Assembly (NCBI GenBank): GCA_964199315.1
Contig: OZ116707.1
Coordinates: 30,690,001-30,754,000 of the forward strand
DNA: 64,000 bases
Origin: Orbicella franksi
Lineage: Eukaryota
Reading direction: 5' to 3'
Shown here: in pieces, positions 1 to 25,600 of the stretch
How positions within the stretch are numbered: position 1 is the first letter of the stretch
Layout of the letters: the number at the start of each line of letters is the position of its first letter
The notes under the pieces: generated by a model
What the model saw: the letters and a program-made list of their open reading frames with translations, nothing else
The model's database searches: none
What the model was told of the DNA's origin: nothing
Made by a program: the position numbers and the translations under genes

Positions 1-780
1 AAACTTAAACCCAAGGCATTTTAAGAAATGATCCAACCTTGCTCATAAAATAGAGACACTGCCAATCTCCTTAGCATGATCTGGTAAAGTTTTCCATTCA
101 CGATATTACGTATAAAATAGCTGTTCTTAAAAGCATTAGTTCTACTATATTGCATTGGAAAAAAGAAAAGAAAAATATCGATTACTTTCACGATGTCCTG
201 CTTCGTGTGCTTTTATATTGTGTACTTGGCAGGATTACGCAGTTTGTTAACGAAGATAAAACAATATTTTGCCGAATGTTAATTTTCAAGAGAATCTGGA
301 GTTTTTCGCTCACAGGATGTTATTTTCCTCACCCCACTCCCCCACAAAAGGCATTTTGCCCGAACAGAAGTCAAAACCCGTTGCCACCTGCCTCAGTAAA
401 GACATGAATTTTTGAACTATTGTTCGCATCTTTGATTTCTCGTTGCCGTGAACTTTGTCTCGCCATGAAATGTCGGCCAATAACTTACTCCTTCGGGAAA
501 AAATAACTGACATTTTCTCGACGGGATAAATTGTATGGTGAATCAGTGCTGATAATGAGGTTTTCGTAACACAGATTTCACTTTGTTCTTAAAACAACGC
601 TGATTGCAAAGCAACAAAGGAATCACGTGGCCTATTGACCTTTAGGAGAACGTATCTTTGCCTTCCTTTCAGCCTTACTACGAGGGAGCAGCCTCAACCG
701 CGCTTAGTGCAGAAAAGAATCTATTTAAAAACAAAGACTTGTAAGTTTAAGGTGTGGTTTTCGTAGATCAACAATTTAAG

Positions 781-13461
<12,681 letters not shown>

Positions 13462-16400
13462 ACTGAGACATCGCCTCAGAACAGGAGCTTAATCACGCAA
13501 GCCCTACTGGGATCAATTTGAGAAACGCCGAAACAGAATCAGAAAAAAGACGAAATTACCATTATGCTTTTCACGACGAACACTTTTACTTAGTTCTGTG
13601 AACAGAGCAATTTACTTGTTTTGGCATTTTGTTTAGAGAGTAATCCAATTCACTAACTGACGCCATTCAATTATCCGCTGAAATAATTTTAGCGCGCTAA
13701 GAGCTGTTTCCAATCTCTTTGCTTTTTTGAGTAGAGTATTTATAATTTAGTCTATCGAGTAGAGTATTCATAACACGAACAAACATATACCGCCATTTAG
13801 TAGGATTGAGGTCAATTTTGTTTCTGTTTTGTATGCAGGCAGTGTATAAGTGTATAACTTGCTTAACTTTGAATACAGTTCAATTAAATTTTATTGCAAT
13901 TTTGGTATCGTAAGAAATGTAATTAAATTTAAAAAGAAATTTTGCTAAGTGTAGATAAATGGAGGTTATCTACCAGATGGTGTTTAAATTGCAGTACCTT
14001 TTTTAAGCAGCTCGGGCTCTACGATCCAGCAGCCAGGGACCTTTTAGTTTTCAGGTCTATTCTTAGTTGTTACGTTGTTACTTATTGTTTACCAGAGATC
14101 TCCGTGCCGCATAAACAAAGTTCTGCAATAAACGTGTATATTTGACATCCCACTCATTAGGCAGTTCAATCGACTTAAAAATCTAATTCTCACTGACGGT
14201 ATCCGAAAACAAACGTTCTTTTTAGAAAAGAGCTGAAGGATATTCAGATTGTTTTGCACCAACAACCCTACAGAGGTTGTTTAGTTGAAAGGCTCTTTGA
14301 AAAAAAGAAATATTATCCAAAACGTACAGCAAATATGAATAATAAAAATATGAAAAAAGTTAATTGCAATCATACTTTGTTCGTACCTCGCATAACCAAT
14401 CATCTGCATTGTCAACAAAAGAAATACGTTGGTTGACGTACATGTAAATAATAACCACTTAAGATAGAGTATAACCACGGTTGCGCAATTTTTCCAAAAC
14501 TGGCAAATGACGCCTTGGGGTCAGTGAGGCCTACGCAACTTCTTCAAATTGCTTGTTAACTAATATTAAATGTCGACAATCTACTTAACATGTTACTCAC
14601 GAAATAATCTCGCTTGAATTTTACTTTGCAATTGTGATGGAAAGTTCATTTTATGATGGCGGCTTTGATTTAATCGCATGCATATGCATGTTTGGCGTGC
14701 GTCTATGGAGTTACGATGAAGTGCACGCGAGAAGCGCAAGAGTTGTCAGAGGCGTAGCAGAGAGCAACTCTAGCTCTTCGCGTGCTATTCTGCGCTATTT
14801 GGACTCGCACAACTTAAAGCATGAACCAGTTCTGTTTTAACAAAGGGAGAGCGATCGCAAACCAGAAACAGCTTTTGTTTACGGTGGTGAAATTATACTC
14901 ACTTTTATGGGCAGTACAGATAAACCGTCTCTCTCCGCCCCGTTGTTTGTGTTTGTTAATACTTAGAGTGGTGCTAGAAAATCTCCAACGAAAGATCTTC
15001 ACCGTCAGTCACCACTTTTGTAATAAACAAGTATTTTTCCCCGCCTCGAGTTGGAGAAACGAACTCTGATTAGAGTGGTGATTTACAGCATTCATTTTTT
15101 AGTGCACGCTGGGGGTGTGCGTCTGTTGAGCTATGATACACGCTCGTGCTGTTGATTTAAACCGTGCAGATACACTTGCTATGTTCTAAAGATCTCTATT
15201 CCTGGCATTTACGGCATTTTAATAGTATTATCGTTTCTTGCGTTATTTTTATTTTAATTCACCAGTTTCACCTCATTCACTCAATTGAATACAATCTTTT
15301 GTGTAACGTGACAACCGCCCTTTCACTTCACTGAAGTGTATTCTGAGAATCTGCAAAATATTTTCTCAATAAACACAAATTTCTAAGAGCTGTTGAATAA
15401 AAAATAAAATCTCTCAATAAAATTCTTTTAGTTGGCGTTTCTGAACATACCAATCGCGTCCTTCTTATAGAGGAACAACTACTTTCACTGCAATAATAAA
15501 TTCTGGCTATCAATCAAAAGTCAGTTGCAAGTTTTAAGCTTCAGTTGATCGTCAAGGTTTTGCGGTCGCTTGGTGACCTCTCGACATCTGTGAGCTACTT
15601 TATTTTCATAAATTATTTTCGGGCTATAAACTGCTGACTGGCGATGAAGCTCTGATTATACACTGGTTTAAAACAGATTAGGAGTTCGATTGGAAGCAAT
15701 GTAGGACAGTTCAAACAAGTCTCATTCATCGGTTAATCAGGTAAGTTATGGCGACATTTTTCTGTATATATTTGTATGTTTTCAGTACCGCGTAGTTTCC
15801 TTACATAGATCCGTTTGTTCCAGAATAACACTACGAAGCTGGATCTCAGAGTACAATCAAATTCTATCATGCAAAATTCACTAAGAAAATTTTAGTACTA
15901 TGGTGAGTTTGCACCGAATGTGGGGACATTTGAGCGTTAAGTGGGAAAAAGAATAATTGCCTTTGAATAATTTCTCGATAAATAAAAAGTAAATATCAAG
16001 CGACAAAAAAAGAAATTGTCTCTGTGAGTGATTGCACTGAAAAAGATACTGTAGCCGCTGCGGCTAGAGAAACGTTTGTGGAAACTAACTGAAATGAAAG
16101 TTATTTTTGTCACAACCGGACAATCCACCCTAAAGTAGCGAATAAAAATAATTGATAATACTTTACATATTGGTAGCACTTCCTATAAATATTGCATTTG
16201 TTCATTATAATTTTGGTTTAAGACTGATTAAATCCATTATTATACATTGAACTCACTATCTCTTTTCTGATTGGCCGAAAGCGTCCAGTGAATTTTCGAA
16301 ATCAGCACTAGTGACGTCATCTAGCTGTAGATTATACAATAATCATGTCAAGGATACTCAAGCTATGACCGCGGTGCATGATTTCTAAGATTAATCATGT

Positions 16401-16714
16401 CAAGTTCCCGCGCTTTGTGTTGCTTGCCGTCAGTGAAGAAGCAAAAACAAGACTTCCATTTTCTTTTTCATTCAATATATAATAAAACGCTTATTAGATT
16501 CGGTTTTTGTGATATCCGGAACAATCAAAGTCCCAGTACGCCTACAAGGCTCGACCTCACGAAAACCTCATCCAATGATTGTTTATTACCTCCCTGGCCT
16601 CGAGCCCAAATCTTTTTCTCACAATCTAATCACTTCCATCATTCTGGCAGCCTCAACACTTCAGTGGTTTTAAATTAAGTGCGTTGCCTATAGAAACAAT
16701 CAGTTTTCTTCACG

Positions 16715-17232
16715 TTATTGTTATTAATCATAAAAATTACAATTTCCTCGATTGTGATTGGTTTAAAAAACTCCTATTTTCCACTAATTCACTTGCCAAG
16801 TTGTTATCGGAAGGTTTGTTATTGGACAGTTTGTTATCGGACAGTTCAATAAGCCAATCACGTTCAAAGTTGTAGTTTAAATCAACCAATCACATTCAAA
16901 GTTGTAGTTACTTGCGTGCATGCGTGCGTGCGCTTGCGGTCGTGTTTTTGGCGCCTAATTGCCGGTAGGAGGCGCGGTGGCCTTAGAATGTTTACATCTC
17001 GTTTATAGGTATTTTAATGCAAATTTTCCCTTTCTTTCATAACTTGGCTATTCTTTTCTCGGAAATTGCAATTTTTATGATTAATTGGTAATAAGACTTC
17101 GTGTCGTCCAGTTCGGTCTGTAATCATACTCGTGATAAACAAATCGGACTCCCGCTGCGCGGTCGTCCGATTTGTTATCACTCTTATGATAACCGACCGA
17201 ATTGGACTCCACTCAGTTCTATTACCATTACT
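16715..17232 (+). mobile_element. Hairpin-ended non-autonomous repeat
   Basis: GTGATTGG near the 5' end; hairpin ~17108-17206 with CGCTGCGCG loop. Adjacent related layouts at 16232-16588 and 17686-18206. Confidence 0.5.
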
Positions 17233-18351
17233 TATTGCAGCTAATCATGCCAGCTGTTTCAGAAATTGCTCCGAAAAAAGCCAAAAATGTCTCATATTTG
17301 GATGCAGTTTTGCGAAGAGTGACAAAAATGGTTGCAACTGGTTTCTTTTTTTGTTTTGTTTGTTTTTTTTCTTTTGTTCTTTCTGAGATCCTAACACCTC
17401 TTTTTGGCGAAAGTTGACTAGTTTTTTCACTAACTTGATAAAGATATGCATGTACTATGAATTATGACTAATATAAACAAATGGATTCCAGAGCAAATAT
17501 CTTATGAACACATAACGGAGCGCGCCTCGCTAAGATTGGGAATAGTTAGCAAATAGTGATGAATTAACTGCTCATGATCAACTCTTAAAATAATCGGTCT
17601 TAAGTCTGACGTCCAGCCTTAATTTTCGTAGTAATGCGATCGAAAATAGCTATGCGACCGCGCTCGATCAGGTGATAAAATATCCACGATTATCATTCGA
17701 TGTAGTTTTTCCTCCTTTTCATTGGCCAAGAGCCCACCACGTGACCTGCAAATAACTGCCTACAAATAATGGTCTGCTCATACGTAGTACCCTCTAAATG
17801 TGTTTTACTGCAAAGAAGATTCTGCGTATTTGTAACCACATCGTTTACCTGAGTTGTCAGAGAGTGGTTTAAACATGAAAACAAACTTAGTGACTAAATG
17901 ATAAAATAATTATTGAACTCGGTCATCGCAAAATATCTTTTATTTTAATAAACTTTATTGGGAATGATATATAATAAAGTAAAAACGAAAACAAAAACAA
18001 GAAGAAATTGAAGATAATAGTTCCCAAAAGGGAAAGGGCGAACGGGACGAGAGTACCCATGCGAGGCGCTTCCCAGCTGATTGGTCAGTGTCGCGCAGAT
18101 CAATTATTTGCTTCAGCCTTCGTAGATAATTGATCTGCTCACCACTGACAAATCACGATATTTTGCTCAACATCGTCCAGTAATTTTTATCTATCTGTAG
18201 CTCACACAGATGAGATTGAGACCTCAACATTTTACAATTATTTTATCATCTTGATGCGCTTTATTTGTACTTCATTTTTGGTTTGAACCGTCTCTGTCAC
18301 TCACGGTTGTATGGCATATTTACTTTTTTAAGGCATCATTTACGTTTTTAA

Positions 18352-18724
18352 GGGTCTCCACAGACTAGACATTTAGTTGTCGACAACTCATCGTGTCCGA
18401 TGCAAGCATTCCACACATTAGAGTGTTAGTTGTCGACCACTAAGTCAGATCAGCGAGAACTTGGGAACTAACGTTCACTAGGCATTTTCACAACACAATA
18501 CGCATGTTCAAATATGTGTCATGACAGTTACATTTGCGACAGCTAAAGCAGTTTCTCTTTTCGAATAGGGAAACTGCTTAGTTGTCGACGACTAAAAATT
18601 TAGCGTTTAGTTGTCGACAACTCATGACACACCAGGTTTTTTAGTTGTCGATAACATTAGTCTAACATTTTAGTTGTCGAGAACAAATAGTTATCGAAAA
18701 CTAAGTGCCTTGTCTGTGGAGGCC
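18352..18724. mobile_element. Kolobok-like non-autonomous element (TTAA TSD, GG...CC ends) with ~7 internal TTAGTTGTCGAC motifs
   Basis: TTAA|GGGTCTCCACAGACTAG ... CTTGTCTGTGGAGGCC|TTAA. Confidence 0.7.
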
Positions 18725-21700
18725 TTAAGGCATCTTTGAGAGAATGGATGTAATTTTCAAGTGGTGTATTATATTTTCAACCCAGAATACCAGCCAAGCA
18801 AGAGAATGAGTATTTGTTGTTTTTGCAAACTGGTTCTTAGTTTGGTAATGTCCAAATAGACCTTATCACGGTTCTTGTCTGAACCAAATTTGAGGGACGT
18901 AGCTGAGCTAGAAAGCGTTCAGTGGAGTTTAACGCAGCTACATCCCAAATTCATTGGTATAGATGCAATCCTTTGACTAAGATCTTTGCTTTCCACATAT
19001 AACTCAATTTTTAAGAAAATTATTTGCCATCGGGTTAACAAACAAACACTTTAATTTCTGACGCATGTTACTTTCCAAGGGACGACAACTACATGTATCA
19101 GACCGCTTTTTCCGAGACATAAACATTCTATTGTCTTATTGTCCACCACTAATGGGCAGATAGTGTCTCTCCGCAGATAAACACTATCGTATCACGTGAT
19201 CAGTTTAAACCAATAGGAATCTGGCAAAATGTAATGCAGTGTGGCGAACTATGATTTGAATTAATTTGGACCTTTCCGTGTGCAAGTTGAACCAAGATGG
19301 CTACATATTTGTTCTGTTTGAAAATAAATGAAAAGAAAAAAATTCCTGTTACTGCCAATTTTGTATTTGAATTTTTCCATCTAATTATTTCCAAACTGGA
19401 CCAGAATTTGCAGTAATGCCGTTAGCTGTAAGAAACATCTGTGATCATAAGAACATGTGAATTTCATTCGGTATCACATGACATTAGCTGTGTGTAAAAG
19501 CTGCTAAGATCCTCAACCCAACGTCACTGTTTCCCTGATAATTACTGAAACATCTGTCAAGCCTGTTAACAATGCTTACAGATCGAGTCACCCTACTAGT
19601 TTAGCTCTACAGTTATTTTGTTCTATATATTATGTTTCACTTCACACTTCAGGCACCAGAAGCTTGTAGGTATTCTGTTCTGGGCATAATTTTGTTAAGG
19701 AATTTCCTCTTTTTCTCTCCGGCATCTCTCCGGATTACACAACTAAATCTTTTTAGTATTCGGATAGATATGAGACACTTCCAGTTTATTAAGAAGAGAA
19801 AATGGCTTTTCCTTCAGTTGCAGTCTAATTTTTGAAGGTTGTCATTTTTACTCGTGCTTAGGCCTGGGTGAAATCGGGCAGGATACACTTAAAAATTCGA
19901 GGTTTGAAATGGATGTTCGACACGGAAAATTAAATGAAATCAAAAAGGATTTTTTTCAATTTTTTTATTGCGCCAGAAAAAAATAATGAAAAGTCTGCCA
20001 TTAAACTCACAAAATAGGCCATCACGATAGAGAAACAAAACACCATGCGTTTAACTCTAGAGAGCAGTCTTACCATAGGAATAACTCGAAGAAAAATCTC
20101 AAGGAACACATTTAGCACAGTTAACGTATGGTTGAACTCGCAACAGCTCCCTCAACTGACTGTTCACAAATTCTTGGTTTGAGAACGTGCTTAAGTTAAC
20201 ATTTGCCGAAAATGGTTCGGAAACACCTTGGCAAACAAAAGCTACAACCAAAATTTTATGTACAGCTGAAATAAAAAACATTACTTTTTCGGCACAAAAC
20301 TACTGAGCGACGACTCAACTAAATGTCCAGCAGGAACTTTTGGAATCCGCTCGCTCGGCCGGCTGTATTTCCGATTCTCTATCATGACACAAGAAATCTG
20401 TGAAGGCATCTGATGTCTTCAGGCATAACTAAAGGCCGTCTCTTTTAAAGTCAATGTTATTCAGTCACTAGGGGTTACGGTTATGTGTTACACAATCATA
20501 ATAATGATATTTTTCACGCTTAAGACAATACAAGACAAGACAAGCAAGAAAACATGTACTTGTAACACAGAATTTGTGAGGTTAAATACTGACATAAGTT
20601 AAAATTATCGACACGGTAGCTGGTCAACCAAAATATTAATTACTATAGGGTGCTGAAACTAGTTGGGTGACCAGCATCGCGGTATAAGACCCTGGCCATT
20701 ACACATATGTTATCGCAGTACGTTTAAGTTATTCCGCGAAAGTCGAAAATTGGAGAAAACGGTCAGATTGAGTTCAAAATGGCAGATGTAAGGTAAAGAT
20801 AATGCTTGCTTTCATTTGGTAGATCTGTCTTCGAAGACCGATAAAATAACCTGGCAGATTAGTGAGCTGGTTAGTTTGTTGGCTAAAAACTATTGCCGTA
20901 TCTAAACTAGTAGATTCTACTGAACACTGACAACTCATAAGAAATGTTAACATAAAGCTAGAAATCAGAAATGAAATGGGGGGCAAAGTATATTTATCTT
21001 GGACGTAAGACACTCAAACTAATGCCTCATGAGATGATAAGGAACAGAAAGAAACGTAATGATATGAACAGAACAGAGCACATTTTGTAATGAAAAGTGT
21101 CAGTTGTGTTCACTGAGTCTTTGGCGAATCAGAATTAAATTATACTTGTTATGATATCTACATCATTTAAAGAGGTAAATACAGGTACCTTAATTTGATC
21201 CTAACCCGTTTCGAGCCGTTAATACGAGGACACTTTTATCGCCCAGCGGTGAACAACATAACCGGTGCGACCCACTGCCTGGTTACCGGCCGTCTACTTT
21301 AGCAGTCGTCACGGACGTTAACAAATGTTCCGCTCAGATGAATTTGTTTACGCCGATTTTGCTTCATTTTGGAAACAATGTTTTATTGTTGTTGTTTTCT
21401 TCTTTGGTAACTGCGCTCGTCAATTTCTTGGACAATGGCCTGTTTGATTCATTTTTTCACTAGAACCACGAGCTATCTAAACCTTGTGTTTTTTTCGCCG
21501 GAAAAAGCCTGGTACACCCCGGATTTTATACATTGAATGTGTACTTCGTGTTCTTCATGATAAAATAGCGAGCTGGCAGTTTTATATTCTCTGAAGTTTG
21601 ATCTGGGACCGGTAATAATCCTTAAAGGTACCGTTAATTACATTTTAAAACCAATGTTACAGAACGGAGATTTCGGTATTTCCTTGGATAATCCTAGACC

Positions 21701-22641
21701 ACTTAATTACATAGATTTTTAACGATAAAACCATAATTACAAATCCGCGCTTTAAACGAGGTATTCAATAGTTCAGTCGATAAGCCTTCCATGAGAATTA
21801 TCTATTTGCTGCGGAAGCTTAAAATTTCCACGTTAATGTTTTTGTCAGTGCGTGATGATTGTCTTTTTGCTACAATTCTGTCACTTCCTGTAAATAAACT
21901 TTCCTTGGGTTAATTTTTTAAACGGCTAAAACTCCGTGACTGATTTATGTTTTTTTATCATTATTATTTAACATCTTCAGAATTAATTGAAGCGCGCTTA
22001 ATTTCTTCTGTGCGAACAAAAAATAGGTTATTGCCCGTCGTATTTTCTTTTCTCTGCGCACGGTTGTTATCGTTGCCAGTATTTTTTTTATGAATGTTAA
22101 AATGAATTTATCTTGGGTGTGAATTTCAATGCCCCGAAGGTTAAATCCTTTCTCGTTAATAATACGAAATTTTGTGTGTATGTTTCTACTTAAATATTTA
22201 AACGGGCGAATTTGAAGAATGCTCAGTAATATTGTGGTGAATGCAACACGTTTGAATGTTCTGTGCTTTTGGGTGAAAAACTTATCAAATTGGACGTCAG
22301 CAAATGTTCACAAAATACCCGTTAATATGATAGCACACAGCAGCTGTATTTACGGCGTAAAGTGCACGAAGTTTCCGCGATTCTCCTATATCCATCAATT
22401 ACAAAGCCTGATGGTTGATCTCATTGAGTAATAAAAGAACTAAGCGCTGATTGGTGGACACAATATGCAAATTACATGACCAGACGTTCGGCTTTTCTAT
22501 ATTTCTGAATTAATGCGCTCTCTTTCGGTGATTTCTTGTTCAGGATGAATTTTGATGAATGAATAATCTTCCCTGCTCATTTTCCATGACGTGCTCTTTT
22601 CGTATAACAGGTGACAAGGAAAACCAAGTCCAAATGTTTCC

Positions 22642-25600
22642 ATGGCGGACGAATCGAAAGATCCCATCAAAAACTCAGAAAACAAGCTACGAGCGGCTAC
22701 TGAGGTTTTCCAGCGCAAATATCGCTCAATGTCCACTTATGGGGAACAAGTCATCGATGATGCAAACCGTTCGAAGAAAGCGCTTTTCTGTTTACCGGAA
22801 GACAACCCTGTAAGATTCTACTGCAAAAAGATCGTCGAATCCAAGTATCCTTTGCTGAAGAACTTTAAAAAATAATCATCATCGTAACTAATATATTTTT
22901 GCTTGAATTTTCATCAGTTAGTCCCTTTTGTTCATGACACTTGTGTTATATTTAACTATATTACCTTACGGCTTGCCGATACCTCATGGTTTGGTTGATG
23001 TAATTTTAATTTCAAGCTGCCTTAAGTCTGCCCGCGATCAGTATTCAGAATCGCCCGCGATTTTGTCGAGATCATCACGGCGACTTCCAGAGCGTGTCAT
23101 CAGAAATGTTGACACGATGTAGAATACGATTACTCCAAACCTTAAAATTAAATTTTTCAGATTGGAAATTCTGCGTGATATTTTTCGTTTCTATTCCCTG
23201 ACGATTCAATGTTTATATTACAGCGCCTAGGCACTTGCAACTCTTTTGCATTTTATTTTATCTTATTTTATTTTTATTATATTGGAGTAACAAAAATTAG
23301 TTGCAAAATTGGTTGCTGTGTTGCTGTTTTCGTTAACTCTTAGTCCAGAAAGTTTGAATATTTCATTTTACTGACTATCGCCGCAAATTGTGTCGTTCTA
23401 ATGTTGGAAGAGCCACTACCCAATGGAGATACAACAGATCGCAACAAAAAACTGGTAAGAAATGATTTTAATGTCTTCACTAACCAAAGATGCCATTTAA
23501 GTGAGGACTCCATCTCGGCGCAATTGCTTAAGGAAGCCATTTCAGTGCAGCCAGTACTTCAACAAAATTCAAGAACAAGAAACAAAATTTAAAGAAAATT
23601 GCCAAAAGAGTGTATGTGTTACGGCTGACGGGAATTTATCACCACGGCGATGTATTTATAACATTTTTCAGTTGATTTTCTGCTTTAATTTTAACAGGAA
23701 GAATCTGAAAAGTATTTTGTTATCATTTACTGTATTGAGGCTGCAACGAAGATTATTGCTAATGGATTTCTGCTTCATAAGGATGCGTACCTGCGAAATG
23801 GCTGGAATATCTTGGATTTTGTGGTGGTTGTCGTTGGGTAAGGTTTTTATTTATCTAAGTGACAGTAGAGTTTGCGTACATTAACATTCTGTTCCTTCAG
23901 CTGTCTTTATTGTCAATGCTATTTGGGCCGGAAATTTCATTTGCAGATGAATGACTCATGGGTCGCGGGAAACAGAGCGGCTTGGCATAATTCAAAAAAA
24001 AAAAACCTAACCAAACGATTTCTGATTCTATTACTCTCGCCATTTTAGAAGAACTCCTGTTGTGCGAATGACGAGAAAAAATAAACCAGAATGAATTATC
24101 AAAGAGTTTTGTTTAAGATCAGCTAGGGATGCACCAGCAGGTCTTATTGAAATTTGCTCTCATTTCGCCGGCAATAAAATCGTCTTCAGAATAAATATTC
24201 TAAACAAGCAAAACATTCGCAGAATCTGGCGAATATTAAGTTCTATATATATCACACAGCTGTGTTGTTATGGTATTAATCCGACGAGCAAAAGAAAATT
24301 CACGAACCAGGAGCTTTTTTTAAAATGGACTTTTCCTTATCAGTGAAGTTAGATGCGAGTTTCGGGCTGTTATATTTTATATATAAATATATTTTTGTAT
24401 GTTCTGCGGGCAGCCGGGTGCTAGCTTAAAAATGTTTTTTGTAAAGCGAAATACCCTTTACCTTTTAGAACGAACAAGATTTAAAGAGTTTTTTTAGTTT
24501 ACAATTTGTAGCCCTTGAACGAATGAATGAATGAATGAATGAATGAATGAATGAATGAATGAATGAATGAATGAATGAATGAATGAATGAATTTTCGAGC
24601 AGAATAGTGAATAGCATACTTATAAATTTCGGTTCGACCTCTTATCGGGTGCCAATGATATTACGGTGAGCCGAGCGGCATACAGATTACAATAGTTCCA
24701 ACTCTAAGTATTTTCCTCACGGCAGTCAATCTTGCCATTGTTAACCTTCATTTATTTGATGTTTCTGAACATAAGGACCGTATAAATATTACTGGCATTG
24801 TTTTAAAAGCTAAGCAGTAAGTGCTAACAATATAAAACATTTGCAAAAAATCGCCTGTTCAACGAATTAAGCGAACAATGGACATAAATGCATGCTAACG
24901 CCTAACAATGACTGGATGGTTCTTGATTGTTCTTTTTCATGCGCTTTTAAGAGTCGCTTTCTTTGTTTCAATGCACACCCGGTTCACAACTGCAGCGCTC
25001 GGCCGGTGGAAAATTGAGAAGAGTCAAATTTCTTCTTTTTTAGCTTTCTTGCTTGAATGAAAGCCGAGATCCAAAGCCTGCAGCACAAATGCGTTGAAAC
25101 TGATATATCGGCAAGACAACTCGTGTTTTCTGTTTTTTAGCTTTCTTGCTTGAATGAAAGCCAAGATCCAAAGCCTGCAGCACAAATGCGTTGAATCTGA
25201 TATATCGGCAAGACAACTCGTGTTAAGATATTTTTAGACGAACAAGGATAAGTAAAATTAAAGCCCCACAGGGACACCTTCCTCGTTCTTAGTGGCTTGG
25301 TTAGGATTACCGGTCCTGTGTTATCTTTTAGCCTGGAAGGAAAATCGATCCGCGTAAAGACGAAATTAAAAATTAAACAGATGTTTAAAAACGTGGCTTA
25401 ATCTTTGTTTAATTCTGGAATAAAAATTGTTAAATTGTCTTTGAGATAGTGCTCAGCGAATTTCACAGTTCTTGCTATTTATTTAATTGTTCATGAAAAC
25501 TCTATCCGCTGTCAGAATTGCATTAAAAAAATTTTTTCGATCTGTTTTAGCGGTTTATTAACCCTTATGGAAATTGGCCTGTATAGGAACAAAATATCTG

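Noticed and set aside
20530-21020. Minus-strand ORF 20774-21013 as a gene
   Set aside because: No splice context or domain. It lies upstream of a (CTTGT)n tail and hairpin, so it is more likely a very decayed LINE 3' end.
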